Part shown: positions 9,098 to 19,260 of the stretch, one piece after another
Numbering within the stretch: position 1 is the stretch's first letter
Layout: the number at the start of each line of letters is the position of its first letter
DNA from: Candidatus Heimdallarchaeum endolithica
GTDB lineage: Archaea; Asgardarchaeota; Heimdallarchaeia; Heimdallarchaeales; Heimdallarchaeaceae
DNA: 64,000 bases
NCBI GenBank assembly: GCA_021513715.1
Contig: CP084167.1
Span: 2,112,001 to 2,176,000, forward strand
Direction of reading: 5' to 3'
Position numbers and translations under genes: made by a program
The notes under the pieces: generated by a model
Database searches by the model: none
What the model was told of the DNA's origin: nothing
The model's input: only the letters and a program-made list of their open reading frames with translations

Positions 9098-11857
9098 ATG
9101 TTTAAAAAGCGATATTCTAATTACTCTCAAAATAAAAAAGTTATTCATAAGAAAAAACTTTTTCACCGTAAAATTCTTCGATATCTCATTATTATTATTA
9201 TATCTTTTTTTTCATTTCTATGTATTTTTCATGATCTTCCTGTAAATAGCAAACTAATATTGAGTATCAGGTCACTCTTTGATATAGAAATTAATTTTAG
9301 ATTTTTAGATATTATTAGTTTTTTTTCTACTATGATCATTAAAACAAAGAAAATTCTTTGGAGAATTTTATATACCACTTTAGCACTCTGTATATTTTTA
9401 ATGATAATAAAATTCCTTCCTTTTTCTGAAATAGAAAATGACTCATTCTTTATTGAGAAAAAGTTCGCTTTACCTTATTACAGAATATCGACTATTGCTA
9501 CTGTTCAAAAAAATACGGCTTTATTTCTTCAAAAAAAGTTTTTTGCAGAAAAACACCATCAAGATTTTGTAGAGGATATTTTTAGCTCCTACTTCAGGTT
9601 TAAAATACTGTTGATAAAAGAAGTAAATAACATAATATTTTCATTTGTATTTGCCGAAAAAGGCTTCAATCCAAAGAAAATAGAAAAAAGTATCAAAAAC
9701 AAACTTCTATACATTGAAAACTCATTATTACTCCATTACAATCTTGAAACAAGAGTTTTATCGAAAAAGCAGATAAAACATCTTCGTTTTCTCATAAACC
9801 ACCAGAAGAAGAGATATAGGCTAAACAAAACAAATCTAGAAAAACAAAAAACAAATTTAATGGATAAATTCTATCAAGTTTTTATTAATCCAGAAATAAA
9901 GAGTTCCACATTATATATTAATATGTTTAAACATAAAAAGAAAACGAAATATTCTTGTGATTATTATGTTTCTACAAATACAAATTTGGAAAAAAAAATT
10001 ATCGAAAATTCTTTACATGTTAAATTAAAAAGACTTATTTTTTCTTCCTCTATTTGGCATGTTATTTTTTCAAAAAAACAAGTTAAAAGTTGCAAAGTAA
10101 TTAATAATACTAATGTCTTTTCTTTTTTTCATGTTCCAGATGGAATTACAAGTGGATCAATTTCAGCAATTAGAGAAAAAAATCTAGACTTCAAAAAAAA
10201 AGATAAAATTGACAAAGTTATAGAAGTTGGCTCAATTTTAGAGGGTAATAACAACTTTGAGGAATGTAGGATTAATATTGAAGACATATTGTATAATATT
10301 GAAGTTTATGGAATGGTTGGACAGGGAAAAACAAGTTTTGTGACAAATATTATTTCTCATTTATTGAAAGCAAATATTAATTGTTTAATTTTTGATGTTA
10401 AAGGCGAGTATGCTGCTTCATTTGTTACAAATGAGAATGTAGAGATTTATACAATAGGTAAACCTAATCCGCTCTGTATTAATCTATTTAAAAACACAGA
10501 TGAAGAAGATCTGAAATCAACTATTTTAATAATTGAAGAAATGATGGAGTCATCCAAACAAGAATTTAGCCCTGCAATGAAAAATTTATTTGAAAATACC
10601 CTTTTTTTAACACATAAATCGAACAATCCAAACCTTAGTACTTTTGTAGAAAAATTGTTTGAACTTTCAGAAAAGATTAAAGAGAGGATAAACACTTCTT
10701 ACATTCAACAAACATTAGACGCAGTTCTAAATAGATTAAACTATATTTTTAACCCTACAAATTTTGAGATTTTGGGAGTAAATACTACAACACTAGATTT
10801 TTCTATTCTTGATAGAGGAAAGAGCATAATTTTGGATCTCAGTGAGCTTCAAAAGCGTGCGGCAAGACCATCTGATATTTTTTTAATTACAAATCTTATA
10901 CTGAAAATGTTCTATAAATATGCCTCTTTAAAGGGAACAAGTGATTCTTTACGCTATGTTGTTGTTTTAGAAGAAGCAGTAAACATTATTCCTAAAATAT
11001 ATAACTCAGACAGTTCTGCATCACTAATAACGGCAGAAAACAATTTTCTACTTGGAAGAAATTTAGGGATAGGACATATTACTGTATCTCAACTTTGGGA
11101 AAGTGTAAGTAGTATTGTTCATGGAAATTCAGCAACAAAAGTAATTTTTAGAACAAGTGAAAAGTCTGAATATATCGCTTCAACACTAAACTTACCAGAA
11201 GCAGCTATTAAAAGAATTCACACACTTCCTACTAGACATTGCTTAATACTAAGCAAAAACGATATAAAAGCACAAGAAATAAAAACAAAAGATTGCGAAT
11301 TCAAACCTGTTTCTCAAATAAAATATAGATCAATTCTTAATCAACGATATAAGAACATTCGATACCCATTATTATATAGGAACTTTATTGAAATGCGAAA
11401 TATAATTAACCAGAACATATTCTTCACCAATGAAAATGACATAGAAGTTGAAACAGGAAATAATAACTTACAAAGTGCAAAAAAACTTATGGAATTCAAA
11501 AAACAAACGAAAGTTGAAAGAAAAAGTTCATTACTTTCTAGTATGATTTCTAAAAAAACAGAAAACAACGCATTTGAAATTAGCGACAATATTTTTGAAA
11601 AAGAAAATTTGATTGATTGCGTAGAATGTAAGCATTATAACGATAATAATGCTTGTAAAATAAATGAATACTCTGCAAAATTGATTGTTGAGATATTATT
11701 CTCTCAAATTTCTTCAGATAAAATAACGCAATTAAAACTTTCTCAACTAAAAAAATTAATTCATGTAATATCTAAATCGAAGAAAATAGAACTAACAAAA
11801 AGTTTAGAGTATTGTATTATGATTCAAATAAAGAATATATTACAAATAAAACATTAA
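9098..11857 (+). CDS. Membrane-anchored HerA/VirB4/FtsK-family ATPase (DUF87-like)
   Basis: Walker A VYGMVGQGKTS, LIFDVKGEY, Walker B VVVLEEA, GRNLGIG and TVSQ motifs; N-terminal hydrophobic helices. Start uncertain. Confidence 0.75.
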   Translation: MFKKRYSNYSQNKKVIHKKKLFHRKILRYLIIIIISFFSFLCIFHDLPVNSKLILSIRSLFDIEINFRFLDIISFFSTMIIKTKKILWRILYTTLALCIFLMIIKFLPFSEIENDSFFIEKKFALPYYRISTIATVQKNTALFLQKKFFAEKHHQDFVEDIFSSYFRFKILLIKEVNNIIFSFVFAEKGFNPKKIEKSIKNKLLYIENSLLLHYNLETRVLSKKQIKHLRFLINHQKKRYRLNKTNLEKQKTNLMDKFYQVFINPEIKSSTLYINMFKHKKKTKYSCDYYVSTNTNLEKKIIENSLHVKLKRLIFSSSIWHVIFSKKQVKSCKVINNTNVFSFFHVPDGITSGSISAIREKNLDFKKKDKIDKVIEVGSILEGNNNFEECRINIEDILYNIEVYGMVGQGKTSFVTNIISHLLKANINCLIFDVKGEYAASFVTNENVEIYTIGKPNPLCINLFKNTDEEDLKSTILIIEEMMESSKQEFSPAMKNLFENTLFLTHKSNNPNLSTFVEKLFELSEKIKERINTSYIQQTLDAVLNRLNYIFNPTNFEILGVNTTTLDFSILDRGKSIILDLSELQKRAARPSDIFLITNLILKMFYKYASLKGTSDSLRYVVVLEEAVNIIPKIYNSDSSASLITAENNFLLGRNLGIGHITVSQLWESVSSIVHGNSATKVIFRTSEKSEYIASTLNLPEAAIKRIHTLPTRHCLILSKNDIKAQEIKTKDCEFKPVSQIKYRSILNQRYKNIRYPLLYRNFIEMRNIINQNIFFTNENDIEVETGNNNLQSAKKLMEFKKQTKVERKSSLLSSMISKKTENNAFEISDNIFEKENLIDCVECKHYNDNNACKINEYSAKLIVEILFSQISSDKITQLKLSQLKKLIHVISKSKKIELTKSLEYCIMIQIKNILQIKH

Positions 11858-11882
11858 TAAGTTGCCTTTTTTGTTAGTTTAA

Positions 11883-12886
11883 AAGCATGTCCAAAAATTA
11901 ATTTTTATTAATGTGGGGGTTTATGTCGGAATTATGACTTACTTTCAGATCATAGACCCCCACAAAGTAAGAGAATTCATAATCATTAATGAACCTTTCC
12001 TTAAGAAACTGGTGAAAGAGGAACCGAGAGAAAGTAAGAGAGGGAGAAAAAGAATAGCAGAAAGGTGGGTGATACTGGCTTTAGCAATTATTGCGAGAAT
12101 AGAAGGAATAGCTTGGAGGAAGTTAGAGGAAAAGTTGTCTTTATGCGATTTTTTGATAGAAGAGGGGTGGATGAAGAAGATTCCTTCCAAATCTACTTTT
12201 CATGCAGTGTGGAGAGCGACAGAAAGTAAGTTGCTGGAGCGGTGGATAATAGATTTAGGTAGGGAAATAGTGAGGAAAAAAGGCTTGAAAGCTATGGCAG
12301 TGGATAGTTCAGGGTTTAAAATTCGTCAGGCTTCTGTTTGGCGTTTTCTCAAGTGGGCAAGAGGAGGACTAAAGAAAACCTCTAAACTTTTCTGGAAGAT
12401 ACACCTTATAGTTGGTTTACCCTCTCGAGCTATAGTCTCTCTTGCTCATTCTGCTAGTAACACTCACGATAGTAAAGTCTTCGGTTTGCTCTGGCAGAAA
12501 CTTCCTTCTGCACTCTTGAGACCTTTCCTGCGATTCTATGGAGACTGTGCCTACTGGACAGAAAATATCGTGGGACTTCTTAGCCAACATTCCTTTTTCC
12601 CTGTTATTCCCCCAAAAAGTAATGTTCGTTATCCCTCTCCTCCTCCCCTCGGACCAATAGTTCAAGCTCATCGTCTCTACCCTGGTCTGTATCGTCATAA
12701 TCATCATCCCGAGTATCGTAGTAGTATTGAACACGTCTTTGGTCTCCTCAAACTCTCTCTTCCCCCAATCCTTGATCGTTTACCCTCCACCATCCTCTCT
12801 ACCTTGTACAGTTCTCTCCTCTGTTACAACTACCTTTTACTCCTTCGGACCGTTTAGTTGGTGAAAAAGAATTTTTGGACATGCTT
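11883..12886 (+). mobile_element. Complete IS5-family insertion sequence (about 1004 bp)
   Basis: 17-bp terminal inverted repeats AAGCATGTCCAAAAATT (11883-11899, 12870-12886) and direct repeat TTAGTTTAA (11874-11882, 12887-12895). The boundary could shift 1-2 bp, giving a 7- or 5-bp target duplication. Confidence 0.9.
11913..12857 (+). CDS. IS5-family DDE transposase
   Basis: AVDSSG, FWKIHL, HD, FYGDCAY and YRSSIEHVFGLLK DDE motifs. Confidence 0.9.
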   Translation: MGVYVGIMTYFQIIDPHKVREFIIINEPFLKKLVKEEPRESKRGRKRIAERWVILALAIIARIEGIAWRKLEEKLSLCDFLIEEGWMKKIPSKSTFHAVWRATESKLLERWIIDLGREIVRKKGLKAMAVDSSGFKIRQASVWRFLKWARGGLKKTSKLFWKIHLIVGLPSRAIVSLAHSASNTHDSKVFGLLWQKLPSALLRPFLRFYGDCAYWTENIVGLLSQHSFFPVIPPKSNVRYPSPPPLGPIVQAHRLYPGLYRHNHHPEYRSSIEHVFGLLKLSLPPILDRLPSTILSTLYSSLLCYNYLLLLRTV

Positions 12887-13020
12887 TTAGTTTAAAATAA
12901 AAATTTACTATCAAATATTTTTTTCAAAGATATGAAGAACAAAGTTCTAACTATTCACCTACTAAAAATTTGCAAAAACTGGTAATATTTATATTCAATA
13001 AAAATAAGGTTGTATCAGAG

Positions 13021-13695
13021 ATGCAAAAAAAACAAAAGGAATCTGAAACAAAAAAGGGTATAACTCTATTTCAAGAAAATATGCCAAAATCCTCAAAAGA
13101 AGTAAATAAACGTAAGAACATGGTGGAAAAAAAAACAGATAAAGAGAAAAAATCCTTCATGATCAAACTTGTTTTAATTGGAGATGGGGCGGTAGGTAAA
13201 ACTTCGATAAGGAGAAAATATCTAGGAGAAGGATTTGTAAAAGAACACCTCGCCACTCTAGGTGCAGACTTTGCTGTAAAAGAAACAACAATAGATGGAG
13301 ATAGTATCAAATTCCAAATTTGGGACATTGCAGGCCAGGAATTCTTTAAAAGAGTAAGAAGTCGTTTTTATCGTGGTTGTTTTGGTGCCTTAGCTATTTT
13401 TGATTTAACAAGAAGAGAAACTTTTACAAACCTTTCTACATGGTTAGAAGAACTTTACCAAAATAATGGTAGAGGAGTAATACCCGTTATTATTTTAGGA
13501 AATAAGAGTGACCTTCCAAATCAAGAAGTTAGCGAAGAGGAGATAGCAAAGTTTGTAGATGATTTGAATAAAAAAACAAAAGAGAAGGGAGTTGAAAACT
13601 TTTTCCTAAAAACATCTGCAAAAACAGGCGTAAATATCGATAAAGCTTTTGCTATTATTGGAAATTATATTGTAAAAAAATTTGAAGATGAATAA
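13021..13695 (+). CDS. Rab-like small GTPase (Ras superfamily)
   Basis: GDGAVGKTS, TLGADF, QIWDIAGQE, GNKSD and TSAK (G1-G5). No C-terminal Cys motif. Start may be 13120. Confidence 0.92.
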   Translation: MQKKQKESETKKGITLFQENMPKSSKEVNKRKNMVEKKTDKEKKSFMIKLVLIGDGAVGKTSIRRKYLGEGFVKEHLATLGADFAVKETTIDGDSIKFQIWDIAGQEFFKRVRSRFYRGCFGALAIFDLTRRETFTNLSTWLEELYQNNGRGVIPVIILGNKSDLPNQEVSEEEIAKFVDDLNKKTKEKGVENFFLKTSAKTGVNIDKAFAIIGNYIVKKFEDE

Positions 13696-13924
13696 TACTT
13701 TGAAATAAAATTCACAACAGAATTAGTTTACACATAAAGAGGAACATAAAATATCTACAATAATTTAATATTTAGACTGAATTTTTTTAGACTAAATTTT
13801 TTTCCAAAAAACGAAATAATTCTAGCTATCAAAGCAATATTTTTAAAACAACTTACAAACAGAAAAATCGGAAAAAGCAAAGTTAAGCTTTCTCGCAAAA
13901 AAAATGTAATGAGTGAAATAATAA

Positions 13925-14389
13925 ATGCCAAGCGCGTATGATGTTCCTGCAGATAAATTGATATTACGAATTGCTGAAGAATTAAAGAATAACCCCAATA
14001 TTCAACCACCAGAATGGGCATTATATTCTAAGACAGGTGTTCATAAAGAAAATATTCCTGTTCAAAAGGATTGGTGGTACATTAGAGCAGCTTCTATCCT
14101 CAGAAAGATATACTTAAAAGGACCAATAGGTGTTTCAAGACTCCGTGTAATTTATGGTGGGAAACATCGTAGAGGTGTAAGAAGAGAACATTTCGCAAAA
14201 GGAAGTGGCTCTATTATCAGAAAGATTATTCAGCAATTAGAAAAAGCAAATTATATTCAAAAGAAAACTGATCATCTTAAAAAAGGAAAGGCTATCTATG
14301 GACGAATAATTAGCCCAGAAGGGCAATCCTTTGTTGATCGAATTTCGGCTGAAATAAAGCGAGAAATTCCTGCTTTAGAGAGATATTAA
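13925..14389 (+). CDS. rps19e: Ribosomal protein eS19
   Basis: PPEWALYSKTG, DWWYIRAASILRKIY, GSGSIIRKIIQQLE. Confidence 0.96.
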   Translation: MPSAYDVPADKLILRIAEELKNNPNIQPPEWALYSKTGVHKENIPVQKDWWYIRAASILRKIYLKGPIGVSRLRVIYGGKHRRGVRREHFAKGSGSIIRKIIQQLEKANYIQKKTDHLKKGKAIYGRIISPEGQSFVDRISAEIKREIPALERY

Positions 14390-14414
14390 GTAATAGAAAA
14401 TTTGTCCTAATAAG

Positions 14415-14765
14415 TTGGTGAGAAAGTTGGGTTATGATGAAGAATTAGAAGAAATTCGACGTCGAAAACTAGCTCAATTACAACAAAATGAAGCAGTACG
14501 ACAGATGCAAAAGGAACAAGAAGCAAATATTGAAGCTCAAAAACAAACTATCCTACGTCAAATTCTCACAGAAGATGCTAGACAAAGGTTAGCAAATGTA
14601 AAATTAGTAAGACCACAATTAGCAGAATCTGTTGAACTTCAACTGATTCAACTTGCCCAACAAGGTGCTCTCAGGAGCAAAGTCAATGATGCTCAACTTA
14701 AAGAACTCTTAAAAAAACTACAAGGACAAAATAGAGAAACAAAAATTGATATAAGGCGAATATAA
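14415..14765 (+). CDS. PDCD5/TFAR19-family DNA-binding protein
   Basis: DEELEEIRRRKLAQLQ and ILTEDARQRLANVKLVRP; conserved position after eS19. Confidence 0.92.
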   Translation: MVRKLGYDEELEEIRRRKLAQLQQNEAVRQMQKEQEANIEAQKQTILRQILTEDARQRLANVKLVRPQLAESVELQLIQLAQQGALRSKVNDAQLKELLKKLQGQNRETKIDIRRI

Positions 14766-14920
14766 TGGCGAGAAATAAAGTATTATCCAGAAAACTGCGA
14801 TATGCAAAAAGTATGAAGACAAACAGTTCAGTTCCAAGCTGGATTGTTGTACGAACTAATCGTAGAGTAAGAACTCATCCAAAAAGAAGAAGCTGGAGAC
14901 AAGTAAGGGTTAAAAAATAG
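14765..14920 (+). CDS. rpl39e: Ribosomal protein eL39 (51 aa, below the ORF-track cut-off)
   Basis: MARNKVLSRKLRYAKSMKTNSSVPSWIVVRTNRRVRTHPKRRSWRQVRVKK. Confidence 0.95.
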   Translation: MARNKVLSRKLRYAKSMKTNSSVPSWIVVRTNRRVRTHPKRRSWRQVRVKK

Positions 14921-14927
14921 GAGTTGA

Positions 14928-15335
14928 ATGAAAATGTCACAAGAACCTCTCGAAATAATTTATACTATTCCTTTCTTCCCAAAATTAAATAAGACTCCAA
15001 GATATAAAAGAGCTCCAAGAGCTATAAGATTGTTAAAAGAGTATATCCTTAAACATACAAAAGCAGATATTGTTGTGATTGATAATAAATTAAATGAATA
15101 TATCTGGGAAAGAGGAATCGAAAAACCACCTAGAAAAGTAAAAGTTCGCACTTTAGTTGAAATAGAGGAAGAACTTAAAGTTGCAACAGTAAAACTAGTA
15201 ACAGAAAAAGTAGAAGTTGAAGCTCGCCCAGAATTAGAAGGAATCACAGTTCCAACTGAATTAGAGGAAGAGGAAGAAGAGGAAGAAGAAGAAGACACTC
15301 CAGAAGAATCTTCAGAAGAAGAACCCTCTTCCTAA
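14928..15335 (+). CDS. rpl31e: Ribosomal protein eL31 with acidic C-terminal tail
   Basis: PRYKRAPRAI and LNEYIWERGIEKPPRKVKV. Confidence 0.94.
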   Translation: MKMSQEPLEIIYTIPFFPKLNKTPRYKRAPRAIRLLKEYILKHTKADIVVIDNKLNEYIWERGIEKPPRKVKVRTLVEIEEELKVATVKLVTEKVEVEARPELEGITVPTELEEEEEEEEEEDTPEESSEEEPSS

Positions 15336-15370
15336 AACTTTTATCTTTTTTTAAAAACAAGGCGATTAAA

Positions 15371-16048
15371 TTGGAAATTTCAAAAGGAACCATTTTAGGC
15401 AATTCAGGGATAGGAATATTTGGATTAGCAACAGACAAGTATGCCATAGTTCCTTTTGGGATCAAAGAAACAACAAAAGAGCTGATTGAAAAGACACTAG
15501 AGTGTAAAATAATTCAAAATTCTGTTGCCAACACTGTTTTACTTGGAACAATGTTAGCTGGTAACTCGAAAACACTCCTAATTCCACCAAATATGACGGA
15601 AACAGAATACAATAACTTTTCTCAATTAGAGGAACTTGATGTCGAGATTGTAGAAATTAAAAGTAAATATACAGCTCTAGGAAATCTCATACTTTTAAAT
15701 GATAAAGGGGCAGTAATAAGTGAAATATTCGAGAAAAAAGCTCAGAAACAAATTGAAGACGCTCTTGGAATTGAAACTACAGTAGGTAATATCTTATCTT
15801 CTCCCTTAGTGGGGACAACAGGATTAGCAACAAATAGAGGCTGTTTAGTTCACCCACTAACAACAGAAGAAGAAAAAAGAGAACTCGCTTCTCTGTTGAA
15901 AGTTAAAGTAGACTTGACAACAGTAAATAGAGGAGTTCCTTACCCAAAAATAGGAATAATAGCAAATTCTACTGGAGCTTTTGTCGGAGAAGATACAACA
16001 GGTCCTGAAAGCATGAGAATTTTTGAATTGCTTCTAAGTTCGCTATAA
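15371..16048 (+). CDS. eif6: Translation initiation factor 6 (aIF6)
   Basis: ALGNLILLND, ATNRGCLVHP, TVNRG, GEDTTGPE. Confidence 0.94.
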   Translation: MEISKGTILGNSGIGIFGLATDKYAIVPFGIKETTKELIEKTLECKIIQNSVANTVLLGTMLAGNSKTLLIPPNMTETEYNNFSQLEELDVEIVEIKSKYTALGNLILLNDKGAVISEIFEKKAQKQIEDALGIETTVGNILSSPLVGTTGLATNRGCLVHPLTTEEEKRELASLLKVKVDLTTVNRGVPYPKIGIIANSTGAFVGEDTTGPESMRIFELLLSSL

Positions 16049-16058
16049 AAAAATAAGT

Positions 16059-16304
16059 TTAAATTTTTAATAAGATAAATGTTTTCCCTCTAATTTCGAC
16101 CAATTTACTATTAGTTAATTTAGCTATATTTTTTGCAATAGGTTCAATAGATTCATTTGGAATAATCTTCAAACACTTGATTTTAACAGCTGAATCTCTT
16201 TTTAAAAGATTCTCAACTTCTTCAATAATAGTTTCTGTAACACCTTTTTTTCCTATTCTAAGTTTTGCTGGTTCTTGTTTAACATGAGATAGTAATTCCT
16301 TCAT
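16059..16304 (-). CDS. YhbY/CRM-domain RNA-binding protein
   Basis: LRIGKKGVTE...VKIK...VEIRGKTFIL; downstream of rpp21. Confidence 0.85.
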   Translation of the reverse strand: MKELLSHVKQEPAKLRIGKKGVTETIIEEVENLLKRDSAVKIKCLKIIPNESIEPIAKNIAKLTNSKLVEIRGKTFILLKI

Positions 16305-16311
16305 TGTACAT

Positions 16312-16683
16312 TTACCTTTTTTTGTGTTTATAATATGGGAATCTATTGTATTGACCACAAATATTACACTTAATTGATACAACTCGATTAGTGGATGACA
16401 AACGAACTTTACAGTTTACTCCTGGTTTTAAGAGCGTTTTACAATGGCGACAAATTCTTTTTTTCCAATAATTGGGAAGACTAACACGGGTTCGCATTTG
16501 AATCTTTCTAGCTTGTTCGACATATTTTTGTGCGAGTTTAAAATCAGTTTTAATCAAATGGTCAGCTTTAGTGAGTAAATTGTTAATTTGCTCTATAGCA
16601 ACCTCCCGTAAGATTTTCTTTCTCATTTGTTTTGGTTTAGGTCTTTTTCGAAAGTAAGAATACTTTTTTTCCCAGTTAGTCAT
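16312..16683 (-). CDS. rnp4: RNase P protein Rpp21
   Basis: KRICRHCKTLLKPG and CNICG zinc ribbon. Confidence 0.9.
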   Translation of the reverse strand: MTNWEKKYSYFRKRPKPKQMRKKILREVAIEQINNLLTKADHLIKTDFKLAQKYVEQARKIQMRTRVSLPNYWKKRICRHCKTLLKPGVNCKVRLSSTNRVVSIKCNICGQYNRFPYYKHKKR

Positions 16684-16708
16684 TAAAAACAAAATCTTAA
16701 CAATTTTT

Positions 16709-17542
16709 TTAACTATTTGGTAGAGTAGAAAAACCAACCCTCTTTTTAATAGTGTTAGATAAACTGTTCTGAATCATTTTACAAAGCAAATCGTTGTCAA
16801 AATGACTTTCAATTGCAGGATAACCTAAAGCAAAGAAAATTTTATTTTGTTCAATTTCTTTTGCTGAAAAAAATCTAACCAATATAGTACAATCAGGATC
16901 GTGAATGTCCAGAAGTTCATTAAACTGATTAAAAAAAATATCTTTTTTCTTTTCGTCTCCTAATTCCTTTGAGATAATGATACCTTGAAGATAGCTATAA
17001 TCTGAATTTTTTACTTTTTTGAATCTATTACTGAGAACAACTTTACACTTATATTGCTTAACTAAACGTTGTAAGATAGGAGTTATCCTCTCATTTTTGT
17101 TAGAAATGGGAATAAATGTGAAAAAAGTAAATAAGGAATCGCCTAATTGAAAAGTTTTTTCACAAATGGTCTTATTTACAGAGCGAAAATAAAACCTTGA
17201 AATCTTATGAGATATCTCCTTATGATTAAGAGGAGAGAGAAATAATCGACTATTGTCTGACAGAAGACTTATCCTTGATTCTAGTTTAACAACAGAGTTT
17301 AAGATATCTGTAGTTTTACTACTACTAATTAAGAAAAAGATCTTTACTGCTTTTTCTTCAAAATGGAAAGTAAAGGAAAGATTTAGCTCAATAATAAGTT
17401 TGACAAGATCTTTTACTGCTTTATTTTTTTCTTCGAAGGAACAGTCTATACAGATAATTGCATAACCAACAATACCAACAAATGTTTTTCCTGATTGAAG
17501 TAATATAAGATTATCAGTGGCTACAATGTCAAATTTATTCAT
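16709..17542 (-). CDS. Hypothetical protein
   Basis: 277-aa ORF with no motif recognised. Confidence 0.6.
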   Translation of the reverse strand: MNKFDIVATDNLILLQSGKTFVGIVGYAIICIDCSFEEKNKAVKDLVKLIIELNLSFTFHFEEKAVKIFFLISSSKTTDILNSVVKLESRISLLSDNSRLFLSPLNHKEISHKISRFYFRSVNKTICEKTFQLGDSLFTFFTFIPISNKNERITPILQRLVKQYKCKVVLSNRFKKVKNSDYSYLQGIIISKELGDEKKKDIFFNQFNELLDIHDPDCTILVRFFSAKEIEQNKIFFALGYPAIESHFDNDLLCKMIQNSLSNTIKKRVGFSTLPNS

Positions 17543-17731
17543 TTTTCTTTCAATTAATATAATAATTAGAAAGATAAAAAGACCACAAAATTCTTAGATT
17601 ATCAACTTTAAAAAAAGTGCTCTTGGACAACAAGTTAAAATTTAATATTCCACCTTTAAAACAAACAAAGTCAAGTAAACAAAAAAACTAACTAAAATTG
17701 AAAAAACAAACAAAAAAAGTAAATGATGTAG

Positions 17732-18913
17732 CTAGTTATACCATAAGTCCTCAATAGTTGTTTCGTCTTCTTCAAGTTCAAGATAAGGAGAATCAACTTC
17801 AGCGATAACAACAGTAACAAACAATTCATCATCAGCCATAGTATCATCAATACTCAGACCCCAAATGAATAAAGCGTCAGGGGCGATACGAGAAGTTATT
17901 TCATTGGTGATAGCTTCAAGCTCCATTGTGGTAATCTTCTTATTAGCTTTAATATTAACAAGAGCACCAGTAGACTTAGAAATATCTGCCTCTAGCATAC
18001 TGTTGGTTAATACAGCATTAACTGCGTCAAGAGCACGATTCTCTCCTTTTCCTTTACCAATACTAATAACAGCAGGGCCACTATTACGCAAAATTTTCTT
18101 AGTGTCAGCAAGATCAACATTAATCTTAGCAGTTTCAACAATAACATCGGTTAAACCAACAACAGCATTAATCAAAACTTCATCAGCCATTTCAAAAGCA
18201 TCTAATACTGAAAAATCAGCAGCTTCCAATACTAACTTCTCATTAGGAACAATAATAATAGTATTAGAGTGGCGGTTCAACTCTTGTAAACCACGTAAAG
18301 CAGTACGCATCTTACTTTCTCCTTCAGAAGCAAAAGGGAGAGTACAAACACTAATAACCAAACAACCTTCTTCTTGAGCTATCTTTGCAATATAGGGAGC
18401 AGCGCCAGTACCTGTACCTTTTCCAAGTCCACAAGCAATAAAAACTAAATCAGTTCCACGAACAAGTTCACGTATCTCTTCCTCGTTCTCAACTGCAGCA
18501 GCATGACCAATATTAGGATCATTACCTGCACCAGTACCACGAGTTAATTCCTTACCAATAAGAAGCTTTTTCTCAGCCTTGGTATTTAAAAGATGACGAG
18601 CATCAGTATTAATAGCAATTGTAGTAGCACCACCAATACCACCACGCTCAATGATATTATTAATGGCGTTACTACCAGCTCCACCAACACCAATGGCTAA
18701 AATACGATCATCTCGAACATATTCAAGAATCTCAGCATTAGCGTTATTAGTATCATATTTAGAAGTACGAGAAGAACTAGTCTGAAGAAGAGACAATAAC
18801 TCTTCATCAGAAGTACCGACATCAGGACTTAAAGGACGACTAAGAGAAGAAGAATCAACCTGAGAAACATCATTGTTAAGGTGAATAGGATTAAGATTAC
18901 TATTATCACTCAT
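17732..18913 (-). CDS. ftsZ: Cell division protein FtsZ
   Basis: IGVGGAGSNAI, AINTD, GTGAGNDP, GLGKGTGTG, T7 loop INVDLAD; about 65-aa low-complexity N-terminal extension. Confidence 0.95.
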   Translation of the reverse strand: MSDNSNLNPIHLNNDVSQVDSSSLSRPLSPDVGTSDEELLSLLQTSSSRTSKYDTNNANAEILEYVRDDRILAIGVGGAGSNAINNIIERGGIGGATTIAINTDARHLLNTKAEKKLLIGKELTRGTGAGNDPNIGHAAAVENEEEIRELVRGTDLVFIACGLGKGTGTGAAPYIAKIAQEEGCLVISVCTLPFASEGESKMRTALRGLQELNRHSNTIIIVPNEKLVLEAADFSVLDAFEMADEVLINAVVGLTDVIVETAKINVDLADTKKILRNSGPAVISIGKGKGENRALDAVNAVLTNSMLEADISKSTGALVNIKANKKITTMELEAITNEITSRIAPDALFIWGLSIDDTMADDELFVTVVIAEVDSPYLELEEDETTIEDLWYN

Positions 18914-18990
18914 AGTTGCTCAAGGAGTAGCAATAAAAAATAAAATAGAAATACAAATATCATTGTCAAAATATCAAGGTATTACAAAAA

Positions 18991-19260
18991 AAGAGAAGAG
19001 AAGAGAAGAGAAGAGAAGAGAAGAGAAGAGAAGAGAAGAGAAGAGAAGAGAAGAGAAGAGAAGAGAAGAGAAGAGAAGAGAAGAGAAGAGAAGAGAAGAG
19101 AAGAGAAGAGAAGAGAAGAGAAGAGAAGAGAAGAGAAGAGAAGAGAAGAGAAGAGAAGAGAAGAGAAGAGAAGAGAAGAGAAGAGAAGAGAAGAGAAGAG
19201 AAGAGAAGAGAAGAGAAGAGAAGAGAAGAGAAGAGAAGAGAAGAGAAGAGAAGAGAAGAG
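18991..19260. repeat. Perfect pentanucleotide microsatellite (AAGAG)54
   Basis: 270 bp of uninterrupted AAGAG between the 23S 3' end and ftsZ. Confidence 0.98.

Noticed and set aside
15250-15335. Glu-rich GAA/GAG tract at the end of eL31, and the shared tails of P0 and P1
   Set aside because: Ordinary acidic protein tails.
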